Origin: a virus
Taxonomy: Duplodnaviria; Caudoviricetes
Strand: one strand, 5' to 3'
Length of the DNA: 38,769 bases
IMG/VR virus record: IMGVR_UViG_3300036802_000314
Span: 1 to 38,769 of that record
The notes beneath the pieces were generated by a model. That model had not been told where the DNA came from and ran no database searches. It saw nothing but the letters and a program-made list of their open reading frames with translations. Positions 1 to 8,954 of the stretch are shown piece after piece. The translations under genes were made by a program, and so were the position numbers. How positions within the stretch are numbered: position 1 is the first letter of the stretch; every line of letters starts with the position of its first letter.

Positions 1-1191
1 TCACATTTTGACCACATTGCCCATGAGATTACTGAATTTCTGAGCTGCGCCTCTACGCATTGTTTTTGTAATATGAAGGTAGATTAATCTTGTAGTCTTG
101 TCGTCCTTATGGCCGAGTCTCTCCATTGTTTCCTCTAATGTCGCCCCAGCTTCCGCTAAGAGCGTTGTGTGGGTGTGACGTAAGGAATGGGGAGTTAATT
201 CACTGCCGAGCTCTGTGAACGACAACAGTCGCTTCATACGAGCTTCTGGGTTCTTTTGAACATCAGGATATCCAGGGAATTTACTTCCGAGATTAGGGAA
301 TACAAAGTCTCCATCATAATAATATTTTTTGCGATACTTCATTTTATAAATATTCAAGAGGGCACGTTGGTTCTCAAATATTTTTTTTAAGTAATCATCA
401 AACTCAACCTTACGTATGCTGGCTTTAGTTTTGGGAGGTACCAACTCATACAAGACTGTATTATTACTTGCAGAATGATAAGTTTTTGTAATTGATATGG
501 TCTTCTCTTCTAAATCAATATCTTTCCATTTTAGAGCCGTAGCTTCTCCGATCCTTAGTCCTGTATAAGATAAGACTGTAAATAGGTTAAAATCTTTGTC
601 TATTCCATTTTCTTTAGCAATCTGTAAAAAATGAGCCAGTTGATCTTTTTCCATGAATTTTGGCAAAGATTCCCCATTCTCTATTTCTTCTACGGTTATT
701 TTTTTTCGGGGAACTTTAGCGTATCTTGTCGGGTCAACCTTTAACTCTCTCATCTCAATAGCCCATTGAAATATCATTTTCGCAGTGGCGTGGATGCTTA
801 TGATTGTTTCGTTTGCTAGTCCTTTATCCTTCAAATTAATTAATATTTTTTGATAGTTTAATCTTGTGATCTTACTGAGTGGCGTTGCGCCAAAATAAGA
901 GTTTAGTTTATTAATTCTCGTCCTTCTTACTTTCACGCTACCAAGAGATACCTCACCAGTAGAGGCATAGAATTCTAACCACTTTGCTGCATAGTCACGG
1001 AAATTAAGCTTTGTTTCTTTTGTGTAGATACCGTCAGCCACGTCATTCTCAATTTTTCCTGCCGCAAGTTCGGCTTCCCTTTTAGTTTGGAAGCCACCTT
1101 TCGATTCCTGCTCCCTTTCATTGGTTACAGGATTACGTCCAACATCTACGGTATAAGACCAAGTCTTTCCCCGCTTACGTATATAAGCCAT
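1..1191 (-). CDS. int: Tyrosine integrase with N-terminal arm-binding domain
   Basis: MAYIRKRGKTWSYTV..GGFQTKREA arm domain; catalytic motifs GLRIGE, HSLRHT, LGH, and Y in IYLH. Confidence 0.95.
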   Translation of the reverse strand: MAYIRKRGKTWSYTVDVGRNPVTNEREQESKGGFQTKREAELAAGKIENDVADGIYTKETKLNFRDYAAKWLEFYASTGEVSLGSVKVRRTRINKLNSYFGATPLSKITRLNYQKILINLKDKGLANETIISIHATAKMIFQWAIEMRELKVDPTRYAKVPRKKITVEEIENGESLPKFMEKDQLAHFLQIAKENGIDKDFNLFTVLSYTGLRIGEATALKWKDIDLEEKTISITKTYHSASNNTVLYELVPPKTKASIRKVEFDDYLKKIFENQRALLNIYKMKYRKKYYYDGDFVFPNLGSKFPGYPDVQKNPEARMKRLLSFTELGSELTPHSLRHTHTTLLAEAGATLEETMERLGHKDDKTTRLIYLHITKTMRRGAAQKFSNLMGNVVKM

Positions 1192-1222
1192 AAGTTCAGC
1201 CCCCCATCAAGTCATAAGTCTA

Positions 1223-1627
1223 TTAATAGAATTCATGAAATAATTCTGGAATGCCACATCGATTCAAAAATTGATTGCTAGTCTCCCATATTTCAGGAAG
1301 TTCTTTACCGATAAGGAGATTAACAGCAAATTTATTAGCTTCTCGTTCAATTTTGTCAACAGAATATAGCGTGTTTTTTCGCAAAAATGGGGTATTAATA
1401 TCAGGGTGCAAAAAGTGATGTCCTATTTCATGACTAACTGCAAATAAAACTAACGATTCATCTAATCGTTCATTGATATGAATTTGAGGTATACGGGAAA
1501 GTTTCACATAGTAACCCCATATATTTACTCCCAAATCTTCATAAAAAATATCAATCCCCAACAAAGCGGCAATCTTCAAGGGATTATTAGTTGCATGCGT
1601 TTTAATGATCCTTTGGACAATGTCCAT
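1223..1627 (-). CDS. ImmA/IrrE-family metallopeptidase (anti-repressor protease)
   Basis: HEIGH zinc motif and EREANKFA; GGAGG SD before ATG at 1627; lies between int and repressor. Confidence 0.88.
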   Translation of the reverse strand: MDIVQRIIKTHATNNPLKIAALLGIDIFYEDLGVNIWGYYVKLSRIPQIHINERLDESLVLFAVSHEIGHHFLHPDINTPFLRKNTLYSVDKIEREANKFAVNLLIGKELPEIWETSNQFLNRCGIPELFHEFY

Positions 1628-1646
1628 TAAGAATACCTCCGAAGAT

Positions 1647-2051
1647 TCAGCGATGTTTTTTTGGAGTGAATTTATTTTTAGCCATTTGACGTGATGTGCG
1701 TAAAGCATTCTCAAGTGATATTTTAAGTAGTTGTCTGTCTTCCTCATCCATAGGTTCACCCATAAATGCGAGAGAAGTGTCACTTTCAAGTTCGGCCATC
1801 ATATTTTCGAGTTTTGTAGCGATATCTTTTTCCTCTTTCGATGTGAGACCATTCATATCGGCATCGGAAAAAATTTTATCTATATCAACTTGATAGACTT
1901 GTGCCAACTTTTTAATTGTCTCCAGCCCAGGCTTTCTGTTTTCGTTCTCATAATGAGAGTAGGTTTGTTTGCTGATCCCCAATTTTTTAGCCACTTCTTC
2001 CTGGGTCCATCCTTCTATTTTCCTTAGGTCGCGCAACTTTTGACCGTACAA
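1647..2051 (-). CDS. CI/ImmR-like XRE-family repressor
   Basis: HTH TQEEVAKKLGISKQTYSHYENENRKP; GGGAGG SD places the probable TTG start at 2051. Confidence 0.9.
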   Translation of the reverse strand: MYGQKLRDLRKIEGWTQEEVAKKLGISKQTYSHYENENRKPGLETIKKLAQVYQVDIDKIFSDADMNGLTSKEEKDIATKLENMMAELESDTSLAFMGEPMDEEDRQLLKISLENALRTSRQMAKNKFTPKKHR

Positions 2052-2084
2052 ATTAATTCCTCCCATATAGTTCTAGTTACATAC

Positions 2085-2113
2085 ATAATATGTGTAAACA
2101 GAAAAAATGTCAA
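2085..2113 (-). promoter_or_regulatory. Leftward sigma-A promoter for the repressor operon
   Basis: TTGACA-17bp-TATTAT on the minus strand. Confidence 0.7.
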
Positions 2114-2433
2114 CATATAAGCGACAAAATGCGTAAATAAATAGTAATATACGGGTTGACATCGCCTAAATGTTGTTTTATTGTTAAGTCAACGCCTAGG
2201 CGACAAAGAATCGAGGTGATAACACTGAATAATAATATTATTGCTAAAAAGCGTAGAAAATTGAAAAAGACTCAAGAGGTAATGGCAAAAGATTTGAAGA
2301 TATCCAGACAGCACTATAATGCTGTGGAAAACTTCAAGAAATCACCATCGGTTGAACTGGCGAAAGGTTTAGCCGAAAGACTTGATTTAGATTGGACCAT
2401 TTTTTTTGGACATGTAGTCAACAAACAGGCGAC
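2109..2433. promoter_or_regulatory. Four repressor operators, consensus GTCAACnnnnAGGCGAC
   Basis: Copies at 2109-2125, 2161-2177 (inverted, degenerate), 2188-2204 and 2417-2433; they overlap both divergent promoters. Confidence 0.75.
2156..2184 (+). promoter_or_regulatory. Rightward early lytic sigma-A promoter
   Basis: TTGACA (2156-2161)-17bp-TATTGT (2179-2184). Confidence 0.7.
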
Positions 2434-2449
2434 TAATGAGGAGGGATAA
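2216..2449 (+). CDS. Cro-like XRE HTH regulator
   Basis: TQEVMAKDLKISRQHYNAVENFKKSPS HTH; divergent from CI; start uncertain (GTG 2216 or CTG 2225). Confidence 0.85.
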   Translation: MITLNNNIIAKKRRKLKKTQEVMAKDLKISRQHYNAVENFKKSPSVELAKGLAERLDLDWTIFFGHVVNKQATNEEG

Positions 2450-2560
2450 CCTTGACAGTTAAAGATAAACAGAAAATGAAAGAGGATTTATTCCGGGATA
2501 TTATAAAGGATCTAATACAAAGCGAAGGGCGCACTCATGCTTCAAAAGGAGGTACCCAAG

Positions 2561-2806
2561 ATGGTGAAGCGTCACAAAATACTAGTCGCTGAAGAATTAC
2601 CGGATGTTTGTACACCGCAAATATGTGCTGACTTCTTGGGGGTATCACGAAATAGAATTTATGAATATTGTCAGCTATCCCCTGAAGTAAATGGTATTCC
2701 AAGTTATACGATCGGTGGTAGTAGGAAGATTGATAAAGCAGATTTACTTCTTTGGAAAGAGGCACAGCGGAAGTCTGGATTACAAAGATTTGCAGTATCT
2801 GGATAA
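2561..2806 (+). CDS. Excisionase-like HTH protein
   Basis: LPDVCTPQICADFLGVSRNRIYE..IGGSRKIDK pattern; AAGGAGG SD. Confidence 0.75.
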   Translation: MVKRHKILVAEELPDVCTPQICADFLGVSRNRIYEYCQLSPEVNGIPSYTIGGSRKIDKADLLLWKEAQRKSGLQRFAVSG

Positions 2807-2895
2807 CAGTATGTTCAAATTTCTAGATCGTATACTTCTTGGGTCAAAGAGGGTACAGCTGCGAGCCACTAACTATACAAAGGAGATAGGATACA

Positions 2896-3180
2896 TTGAA
2901 AATGACAATCAACATAATGCGGAATGTGTGTGGATTATATCTAGCGCTTCGTGATCAGGCAGAAGCTGAGGGGTTAACCCAAGCGGCTGAAAATGCCACT
3001 AAGGGATATCGTTTCTATCGCGAGTTGCTGAATCAAGCATACGAAAAACGGCCATCCGGGGTAGGAGCCGGACAGCCGTCACTTAGTTGGAAAATAACAA
3101 TTAAGACAAGAATACCACTGCCAGGAGGTGTTGGCAATGGCAAAGAGAGTGCGATCAGCGGAGCGGACGGAACTCCGTAA
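2896..3180 (+). CDS. Hypothetical phage protein
   Basis: ORF with AAGGAG SD in the early operon. Confidence 0.55.
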   Translation: MKMTINIMRNVCGLYLALRDQAEAEGLTQAAENATKGYRFYRELLNQAYEKRPSGVGAGQPSLSWKITIKTRIPLPGGVGNGKESAISGADGTP

Positions 3181-3358
3181 GAAGCTTCGTGATCTTTATC
3201 TCGATCAATCGGCTTATCTTTTAACTCACATTAAACCATCTACGGCGATCAATTTTAAGATCGACAAAGCAAAAGCCGCACTAGCCAAGGTGGACCGTAG
3301 ATCTATTCATAAAGATACTCCACAGCGTCCACGGGTTCGGAAAGCGAGGAAGCTATGA
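3137..3358 (+). CDS. Hypothetical basic protein
   Basis: AGGAGG SD; stop overlaps the next start. Confidence 0.6.
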   Translation: MAKRVRSAERTELRKKLRDLYLDQSAYLLTHIKPSTAINFKIDKAKAALAKVDRRSIHKDTPQRPRVRKARKL

Positions 3359-3759
3359 AGGATGAAGAATTAGACTGGCACATCGAACAAAGCAATAAAA
3401 TGCGGGATCAGGCGAAGGCATACGACGAAAACGCACCAGGTGCAATGGTTGAGATCGTTCGGCTCTTAACGGCAGCTTATGAGCTTATGGGTCGGATCTC
3501 CGCTCAGATGGACGGAGACTATGAAAAAGTCTATACCCTACGTCAGAACACATTCACGTTAGCCAAATCTCAGGCAAAGAAGGGCGATAAGATCCTGACT
3601 GCTGAACTGGCCACAATGGAACTTCGTAATCTTGAGGCTGAAGCCTACGAACAGAAAATGTTCTGGCGTAATGAAAGGGAATCCGTAAAAGAAAAAATAT
3701 ACGAACTTAGAATGCGTGTACGAATTGATATGCAAACAGGAGGTATGGCTAATGGGTAG
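3355..3759 (+). CDS. Hypothetical helical/coiled-coil protein
   Basis: ATGA-coupled 134-aa ORF. Confidence 0.7.
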   Translation: MKDEELDWHIEQSNKMRDQAKAYDENAPGAMVEIVRLLTAAYELMGRISAQMDGDYEKVYTLRQNTFTLAKSQAKKGDKILTAELATMELRNLEAEAYEQKMFWRNERESVKEKIYELRMRVRIDMQTGGMANG

Positions 3760-4135
3760 CTTTGATTTTCGCCCGGTTCCCAAACCGGAACATAAGCGTG
3801 TTAAGCGTAAGCAGGGCCAGGAGACAGCCATTACAGCTAAGGTAGACAAAGAGATATACCGTCGGGCAAGCGAGGAAGGGTATACCGTCTGTGAGCATTG
3901 CGGCTGCAGCGTTCCAAGATTTCGATTTGAACGGTGCCATATGCTTAATGCATCTCAATACGGAACAGGCCGGGCTCCATGGAATGTGGTTATCTTGTGT
4001 GGTCCCCGTAATGATAACGGCAGCTGCCATCATTGGGCAGATGAAACCATTGAAGGGCGAGACTGGAAGGCGCGGAAGCAGGCAGAACTTTATCTTTACT
4101 ACACGGCCGGAGATGGTCGGCAATATTGGAAATAA
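3752..4135 (+). CDS. HNH-like zinc-binding endonuclease
   Basis: CEHC...ERCH...NVVILC...CHHWAD; AGGAGG SD. Confidence 0.7.
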   Translation: MGSFDFRPVPKPEHKRVKRKQGQETAITAKVDKEIYRRASEEGYTVCEHCGCSVPRFRFERCHMLNASQYGTGRAPWNVVILCGPRNDNGSCHHWADETIEGRDWKARKQAELYLYYTAGDGRQYWK

Positions 4136-4148
4136 GGGCATGCATTTT

Positions 4149-4246
4149 GTCCGGCGGACGTCCTATGGACATCCATCGGATAACAACGGGACAACGCACG
4201 GAGGTCCGCAGGATGTCCAAGCGCTGTCCGTGCATGTCCAAGCGGG
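4149..4246 (+). repeat. Iteron array 1: nine ~11-bp units, consensus GTCCnnnGGAC, upstream of the initiator gene
   Basis: gtccggcggac gtcctatggac atccatcggat aacaacgggac aacgcacggag gtccgcaggat gtccaagcgct gtccgtgcat gtccaagcggg. Confidence 0.8.
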
Positions 4247-4265
4247 GAGCAGGTGAACAGCATAA

Positions 4266-5420
4266 ATGTTATGGATTAAGAGCTACCAGGCGACCGACAG
4301 AGACCCCAAAACACGTAAGTTTTGCCGTGCAACCGGCTTGGACACTCCGACAGCGGTAGGGTCCCTGCACATGTTTTGGTGGTGGGCGCTGGATTGGGCA
4401 CCTTCAGGGGACATCACTCAGTTTGAACCTATAGACATTGCCGAGGCAGTGAGTTTTAAGGGCGAACCAGAGGTTCTATTTTCAGCCTTGCTGGAAGCGG
4501 GTTATGTGGCAAAAACCATGGACGGGCATGAGATTGTCAACTGGCATGAGATTGGCGGCCAGATCATCGAAGCCCGGAAAAAGGACGCACTTCGGAAGGC
4601 AGAGGCCCGGAAGAAGCGTGATGAAAAAAAGCCGCGTCCGCCGGATGTCCATGAGAAGTCCGGCGGACAAGAACCGGACAACCCCGGACAAGGACCGGAA
4701 GTCCGTTCTATAGAGAAAGAATTAGATTTAGATAAAGATTTAGATTTAGAAGTAAAAGAAGATTTAAATATAAACGGTCATGCAGATCAAAATGCAGATC
4801 AAAATAAAAATCAAAATCAAGACCAAGACCAAGATCCGAAAAATGAACTGACCGCCGAAAAATCAGTAGCGCCGAAAGAGCCCGAAAAACCCGAAAACCC
4901 GGGTAAAAAGGGTCTGAAAGGGCGGAAAAAGCCCGAATATCCGCCCGAAAGCCCGTATTTCAAAATGGCAGAGTATTTTAAAGAGCAGATTGACAAAATG
5001 GCTGCTGCAGAAGGGCTCGCGAATTTGACCATACGCACGAACATCCAATCATGGGCTGACACGTTCAGGCTGCTGGTTGAAGTGGACGAGCAGAACGATT
5101 TCCGGCTGATCCAGGACGTGATTGATTGGGTAGTTAAAGATCCGTTCTGGAAGTTGAACTGTCAAAGCGCCAAAACGCTGCGGGAGAAATTCCCAACGTT
5201 TGCTCTGGCGACAAAAGAGGCGCAGAAGAAAGCTGCTACAGCTAAAAAGGGTTCCGGCGGCGCGGGCGGGGGCCGGGGAGGATACGGCCATCAGAAGCAG
5301 GTTATCGAGATTGTCCAGCAAGATCCGGAAGCTGGAAAGGTCAGTGATGAAGAATTTGCTGAAATGATGGCCAAGGCTGCTGAGATCAAGGCAAGCAAAC
5401 AGGGGGCGGTCGGAAAATGA
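4266..5420 (+). CDS. Phage replication initiator (replisome organiser type)
   Basis: N-terminal WIK..GSLHMFWWWA winged-helix-like domain; internal iterons and AT-rich tract; C-terminal DPFWKLNCQSAKTLREKF domain. Confidence 0.82.
   Translation: MLWIKSYQATDRDPKTRKFCRATGLDTPTAVGSLHMFWWWALDWAPSGDITQFEPIDIAEAVSFKGEPEVLFSALLEAGYVAKTMDGHEIVNWHEIGGQIIEARKKDALRKAEARKKRDEKKPRPPDVHEKSGGQEPDNPGQGPEVRSIEKELDLDKDLDLEVKEDLNINGHADQNADQNKNQNQDQDQDPKNELTAEKSVAPKEPEKPENPGKKGLKGRKKPEYPPESPYFKMAEYFKEQIDKMAAAEGLANLTIRTNIQSWADTFRLLVEVDEQNDFRLIQDVIDWVVKDPFWKLNCQSAKTLREKFPTFALATKEAQKKAATAKKGSGGAGGGRGGYGHQKQVIEIVQQDPEAGKVSDEEFAEMMAKAAEIKASKQGAVGK
4636..4835 (+). repeat. Probable replication origin: iteron array 2 plus AT-rich unwinding tract
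   Basis: 11-bp GTCCnnnGGAY/..CCGGAC units at 4636-4704, followed by TTAGAT repeats and TGCAGATCAAAA x2. Confidence 0.75.
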
Positions 5421-6079
5421 GCTACCTTCTGAGATCGCCAGGGATGCACCACTGTTCATGTGGCTGGGAAGGCAAGCCGCAGCGTGACAAGAAGGCCATG
5501 AAGCCAGTCGATAAATGCCCCATGTGTTCTCGGGTTACAGCACTCATACCTTTACGGGAAATACCTGGATTCTGCTTCTGTTGTGCTTCCACAAGCGGGA
5601 AGCTGCAAATTATAGATCATACGATGGTACGTGAATGCCGCATATGTGGCGCAAAACTCAATTTACACACGGTAAAGCCGTGGATATGGGAGGTCAAAGG
5701 GATGGAACAAGCAGTAAATAAGCTTAAAACGGAAATGGAAGCGTCGAAGAACCCCTATGTGAAAGTGGTTGGAGAACTTCTGCTCAAGGTGTTGGAGATC
5801 AATCCTGCTGCAGCTGAGAAGGTACTGGCTGATGGTAAGACCATTGCGGGAGCGTTAACTGCAATGAAAACTGAAGCTTCCAAGAACAAATTTGATGGCA
5901 TGGCAATGATGACGGATGAAGAGGGGTATGCCATTGCGTTGAAGTATTTCGGATTTACCGCAACAATTCCCGCTCCTGCAGTAGCACTGGCTCCGGCAGC
6001 TCCTGTACTGCCACCCGCTCCGGTGGCATCACCGCCAACGCTTGGTATTTCTGTTGATGATCTGTTTGGTGATCTGTAA
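5417..6079 (+). CDS. Cys-rich zinc-ribbon domain fused in frame to a PcfK-like (AcrIIA9-family-like) domain; internal start at 5702
   Basis: CSC/CPMC/CFCC/CRIC N-terminal half; GKTIAGALTAMKTEASKNK..MTDEEGYAIALKYFG; directly upstream of the PcfJ-like gene. Confidence 0.65.
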   Translation: MSYLLRSPGMHHCSCGWEGKPQRDKKAMKPVDKCPMCSRVTALIPLREIPGFCFCCASTSGKLQIIDHTMVRECRICGAKLNLHTVKPWIWEVKGMEQAVNKLKTEMEASKNPYVKVVGELLLKVLEINPAAAEKVLADGKTIAGALTAMKTEASKNKFDGMAMMTDEEGYAIALKYFGFTATIPAPAVALAPAAPVLPPAPVASPPTLGISVDDLFGDL

Positions 6080-6094
6080 AGGGGGAGCGGGAGA

Positions 6095-7660
6095 ATGAAT
6101 GTAGCATCAGAAGCGCACACGGCCCATTTCGGACCGATCAGCAAAGAAATGATTGATTATGTCGAAAACAAAGTCCTGCTTCATAGTCGCTATTTATTCA
6201 CTCAAACTGTTATGCGTGTTCAATATGCTTATTGTACTCATTGCAATCAGCACCATCGTCCGGAAGAAACGTTAAAGCATTGTCAGAAAGCGGTTTGTCC
6301 TCATTGTAGTTCTCAATGCACGGTAAAGAAGAGTCATGTTGGCCGCAAATACTTGCAGGACAAGGCCTATGTTGTTTTCTATGAGAAATCAATTATTGAT
6401 CCTCGAGTAATGACTGCAGTCGGGTTTTACGTTAGGCGGGACTATAGCGGCGATTACAAGAACGTTACAACCTACTATAAGGCATCCTGCAGCTATGTGT
6501 TCAAGGAGAATGGTGAAAGCACCATGTACTATACAGGCTATTACAGTGACACGCAGTGGTATAAGCGGGAGAACATTACTTCTGAGTATCCCTTATACAA
6601 AAACGGAGTTCCGTGTTATTGCTCTCTGGAGAGCATTAAGGCAGCGGTTAAGGGGACACCAATGCAATATAGCACCTGGGAAAACTATTGGGACGGCAGC
6701 GGAAGCGATATGACCAAGTTTTTCGGATTGTATTCAAAGTATCCATGCATTGAATACCTTACAAAGCTGAAATACGAATATTTTGTCTGGGCAAAGCTTT
6801 ATGACATGCGTACTTACGATGCCATCAAATGGAGTGGAAAAACCATAGAAGAGGTATTACGGCTCCGCAAAAAGGATCTAAAGCAGTTCATCAGCAATAA
6901 ATCGACTATTCTGGAGCGGGACGAAATAGGGGCGCTCACGTTAAGGCTATACCAGTTGACTCTGAAAGACAGCAATCGTCCCAATTTTGAAGAACTGAAG
7001 CGTATTGCAACGAATGTGTATCCGTATTTTTCCCAAATGAAACCAATGTTTAAATTTCAAAATGTAAGGGCGTGCGCTAGATACATCGAGAAGCAGTTCA
7101 GCAAAAATCGTCGTGTCTTCTATGACAAAACCAGTGTCGTGACCATGTGGAAGGATTACATGGAAGAGTGTAAGACATTGGAGTTTGACTTAAAACGGTT
7201 GGAAATCGTGTTTCCCCACAATCTCGCTACCGCACATGAGAGCACTATGTCTCAGGTCAAAATCCAAATGTCGGAAATTGAAAAGCGGCGAATTGCCCAA
7301 CGGGCGCAGGAGCTGGAAGTTTATCGCTTTGCTTGGAGAGATTACATCATTCGTCCTGCTCAATCGGGTCAAGAGATTATTGACGAGGGAAAGATTCTGA
7401 GCCACTGTGTTGGCGGTTATGCGCAGCGTCATGCGAAAGGGGAAACAAGTATCCTGATGATTCGCAAATACGCTGATCAGGATACACCATTCTTCACATT
7501 GGAACTGAAGGATGGACAAGTAAAGCAAGTGTACGGTTATAAAAACCTTCGCATGAGTGGAGATTTGATAGAACTCATAGATGCTTTTAAAGCTGAAAAG
7601 CTCGTTAAGGGTAAGAGAAAGACCAAAAATTCAAATAAACCGCAGGGGGTAGCAGTATGA
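6095..7660 (+). CDS. PcfJ-like domain protein
   Basis: N-terminal CTHC/CPHC; C-terminal WKDY..FPHNLATAHE..EGKILSHCVGGY..PFFTLE..QVYGYKN. Confidence 0.85.
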   Translation: MNVASEAHTAHFGPISKEMIDYVENKVLLHSRYLFTQTVMRVQYAYCTHCNQHHRPEETLKHCQKAVCPHCSSQCTVKKSHVGRKYLQDKAYVVFYEKSIIDPRVMTAVGFYVRRDYSGDYKNVTTYYKASCSYVFKENGESTMYYTGYYSDTQWYKRENITSEYPLYKNGVPCYCSLESIKAAVKGTPMQYSTWENYWDGSGSDMTKFFGLYSKYPCIEYLTKLKYEYFVWAKLYDMRTYDAIKWSGKTIEEVLRLRKKDLKQFISNKSTILERDEIGALTLRLYQLTLKDSNRPNFEELKRIATNVYPYFSQMKPMFKFQNVRACARYIEKQFSKNRRVFYDKTSVVTMWKDYMEECKTLEFDLKRLEIVFPHNLATAHESTMSQVKIQMSEIEKRRIAQRAQELEVYRFAWRDYIIRPAQSGQEIIDEGKILSHCVGGYAQRHAKGETSILMIRKYADQDTPFFTLELKDGQVKQVYGYKNLRMSGDLIELIDAFKAEKLVKGKRKTKNSNKPQGVAV

Positions 7661-8658
7661 CGCAATTATCTTTGAGAACACCGGAAGTCATTGCCATTGA
7701 GATTATTAGTATTCGGGACCACGTTCAGCGGACGGCCATTCATGGGGCTATCGAAATCGGCCGTAAGCTGACAGAGGCCAAGAAGATGTTGCCACATGGA
7801 GCATTTGGGGATTGGTTGGCTGATCATGTGGGATTCTCTCAATCGCAGGCCAATAACATGATGGCCATCTTTGACGGCTATGGTTCGCAGCAGCTTGACA
7901 TGTTCGGAGAGAATTTGAAATCCCAAACGTTTGAGAATTTGACACCGACTCAAGCACTGGCCTTGCTGGGCGTACCCGAAGAGGAGCGGGAGGCATTTGT
8001 GGTTGATCAAAAGGTTGAAGAGATGTCCACCCGGGAGCTGCAGGAGGCAGTAAAAGAGCGGAAGCAGGCTATTAAGGAGAAGGAAGCAGCCGAAAAAGCT
8101 GCTGCCAAGGCTGAGAAGGCAGCGGAACAGGAGCGGAAGGCCCGGGAGAAGCTGGAGATCCAACAGAAGGACCACTCTGTCATTGTACAGCGCCTGCAGG
8201 AACAGCTGGACGCCGCACAAGCCGCTTCCGCTTCCGGTGATGATGGAGCAGCTGCGGAAGCAGAGGCAGCAGCCGAACAGCTCAGGGCAAGCTTGTCTAA
8301 ATCGGACGAGCAGCTGATTGAATCGCATAAGCGCATTAAGGAGCTGGAAGCAGAAATCAAGGCGAAGCCAGTAGAAGTGGCAACGGCAACCGAGACTATC
8401 TATGCTACACCGCCAGAAGTACAGGAGGAGCTGGATCAGCTGCGCAAGAAAGCCGCTTCCAACACCGTGCAGGATGTTGCCTTGTTTAAAGTACATGTAA
8501 AGACTGCAGGCGACGGATTTAACGCAGCTCTGAATGTGATCAACAGTATCAAGGTCAAGGATGTCGAAACTGCGGAAAAGTGCATCAATGTTCTGAAAGG
8601 GACTCTTGATCGTATGCAAAAAATGCTTATTGCCGTAACACGGCCAGAACCTGAATAA
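7657..8658 (+). CDS. DUF3102-domain protein with coiled coil
   Basis: IEIGRKLTEAKKMLPHGAFGDWL..FSQSQANNMM signature; MSTRELQEAVK; long coiled coil. Confidence 0.85.
   Translation: MTQLSLRTPEVIAIEIISIRDHVQRTAIHGAIEIGRKLTEAKKMLPHGAFGDWLADHVGFSQSQANNMMAIFDGYGSQQLDMFGENLKSQTFENLTPTQALALLGVPEEEREAFVVDQKVEEMSTRELQEAVKERKQAIKEKEAAEKAAAKAEKAAEQERKAREKLEIQQKDHSVIVQRLQEQLDAAQAASASGDDGAAAEAEAAAEQLRASLSKSDEQLIESHKRIKELEAEIKAKPVEVATATETIYATPPEVQEELDQLRKKAASNTVQDVALFKVHVKTAGDGFNAALNVINSIKVKDVETAEKCINVLKGTLDRMQKMLIAVTRPEPE
7918..7940. repeat. Dispersed palindrome copy 1 (inside the DUF3102 gene)
   Basis: AAATCCCAAACGTTTGAGAATTT. Confidence 0.7.
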
Positions 8659-8948
8659 TGTTCTTTTTCTTTGGTATCAATGATCCCGAGGTAATCGCCA
8701 TTGAGAGCCTCTTAGGCGAGAGCATTCAGATAATGAGGCAATACCATTGCTATCAAACACATGTGGGGCAAATAGCTCATTATTACGCACTGACCGTTGA
8801 TTCACTGTATGACTTATCCATTGCTGAGGATTCGAATTATAGCCGTATATTTGCTCGTTATGATCGTACCATCATGGAGCGGGACAATGACTATTTCCGT
8901 GGGGCTGAAAATTCGCCCCTGAATCGCATATTTCGCAAAGAGATTTAA
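8658..8948 (+). CDS. Hypothetical protein, MFFFF N-terminus (1 of 3)
   Basis: TAATG-coupled to the DUF3102 gene. Confidence 0.6.
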   Translation: MFFFFGINDPEVIAIESLLGESIQIMRQYHCYQTHVGQIAHYYALTVDSLYDLSIAEDSNYSRIFARYDRTIMERDNDYFRGAENSPLNRIFRKEI

Positions 8949-8954
8949 GAAAGG

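Noticed and set aside
4126-4359. 77-aa ORF spanning the upstream iterons
   Set aside because: Translation of repeat DNA that overlaps the initiator out of frame; weak start context
5187-6050. Partial palindrome matches at ~5187 (AAATTCCCAACGTTTG) and ~6034 (GCCAACGCTTGGTATTT)
   Set aside because: Each is one base short in the core and lies in coding sequence; not counted as true sites
7666-8619. Long 317-aa antisense ORF (and other antisense ORFs over structural genes)
   Set aside because: Shadow of a biased coiled-coil coding strand; no SD or plausible protein features
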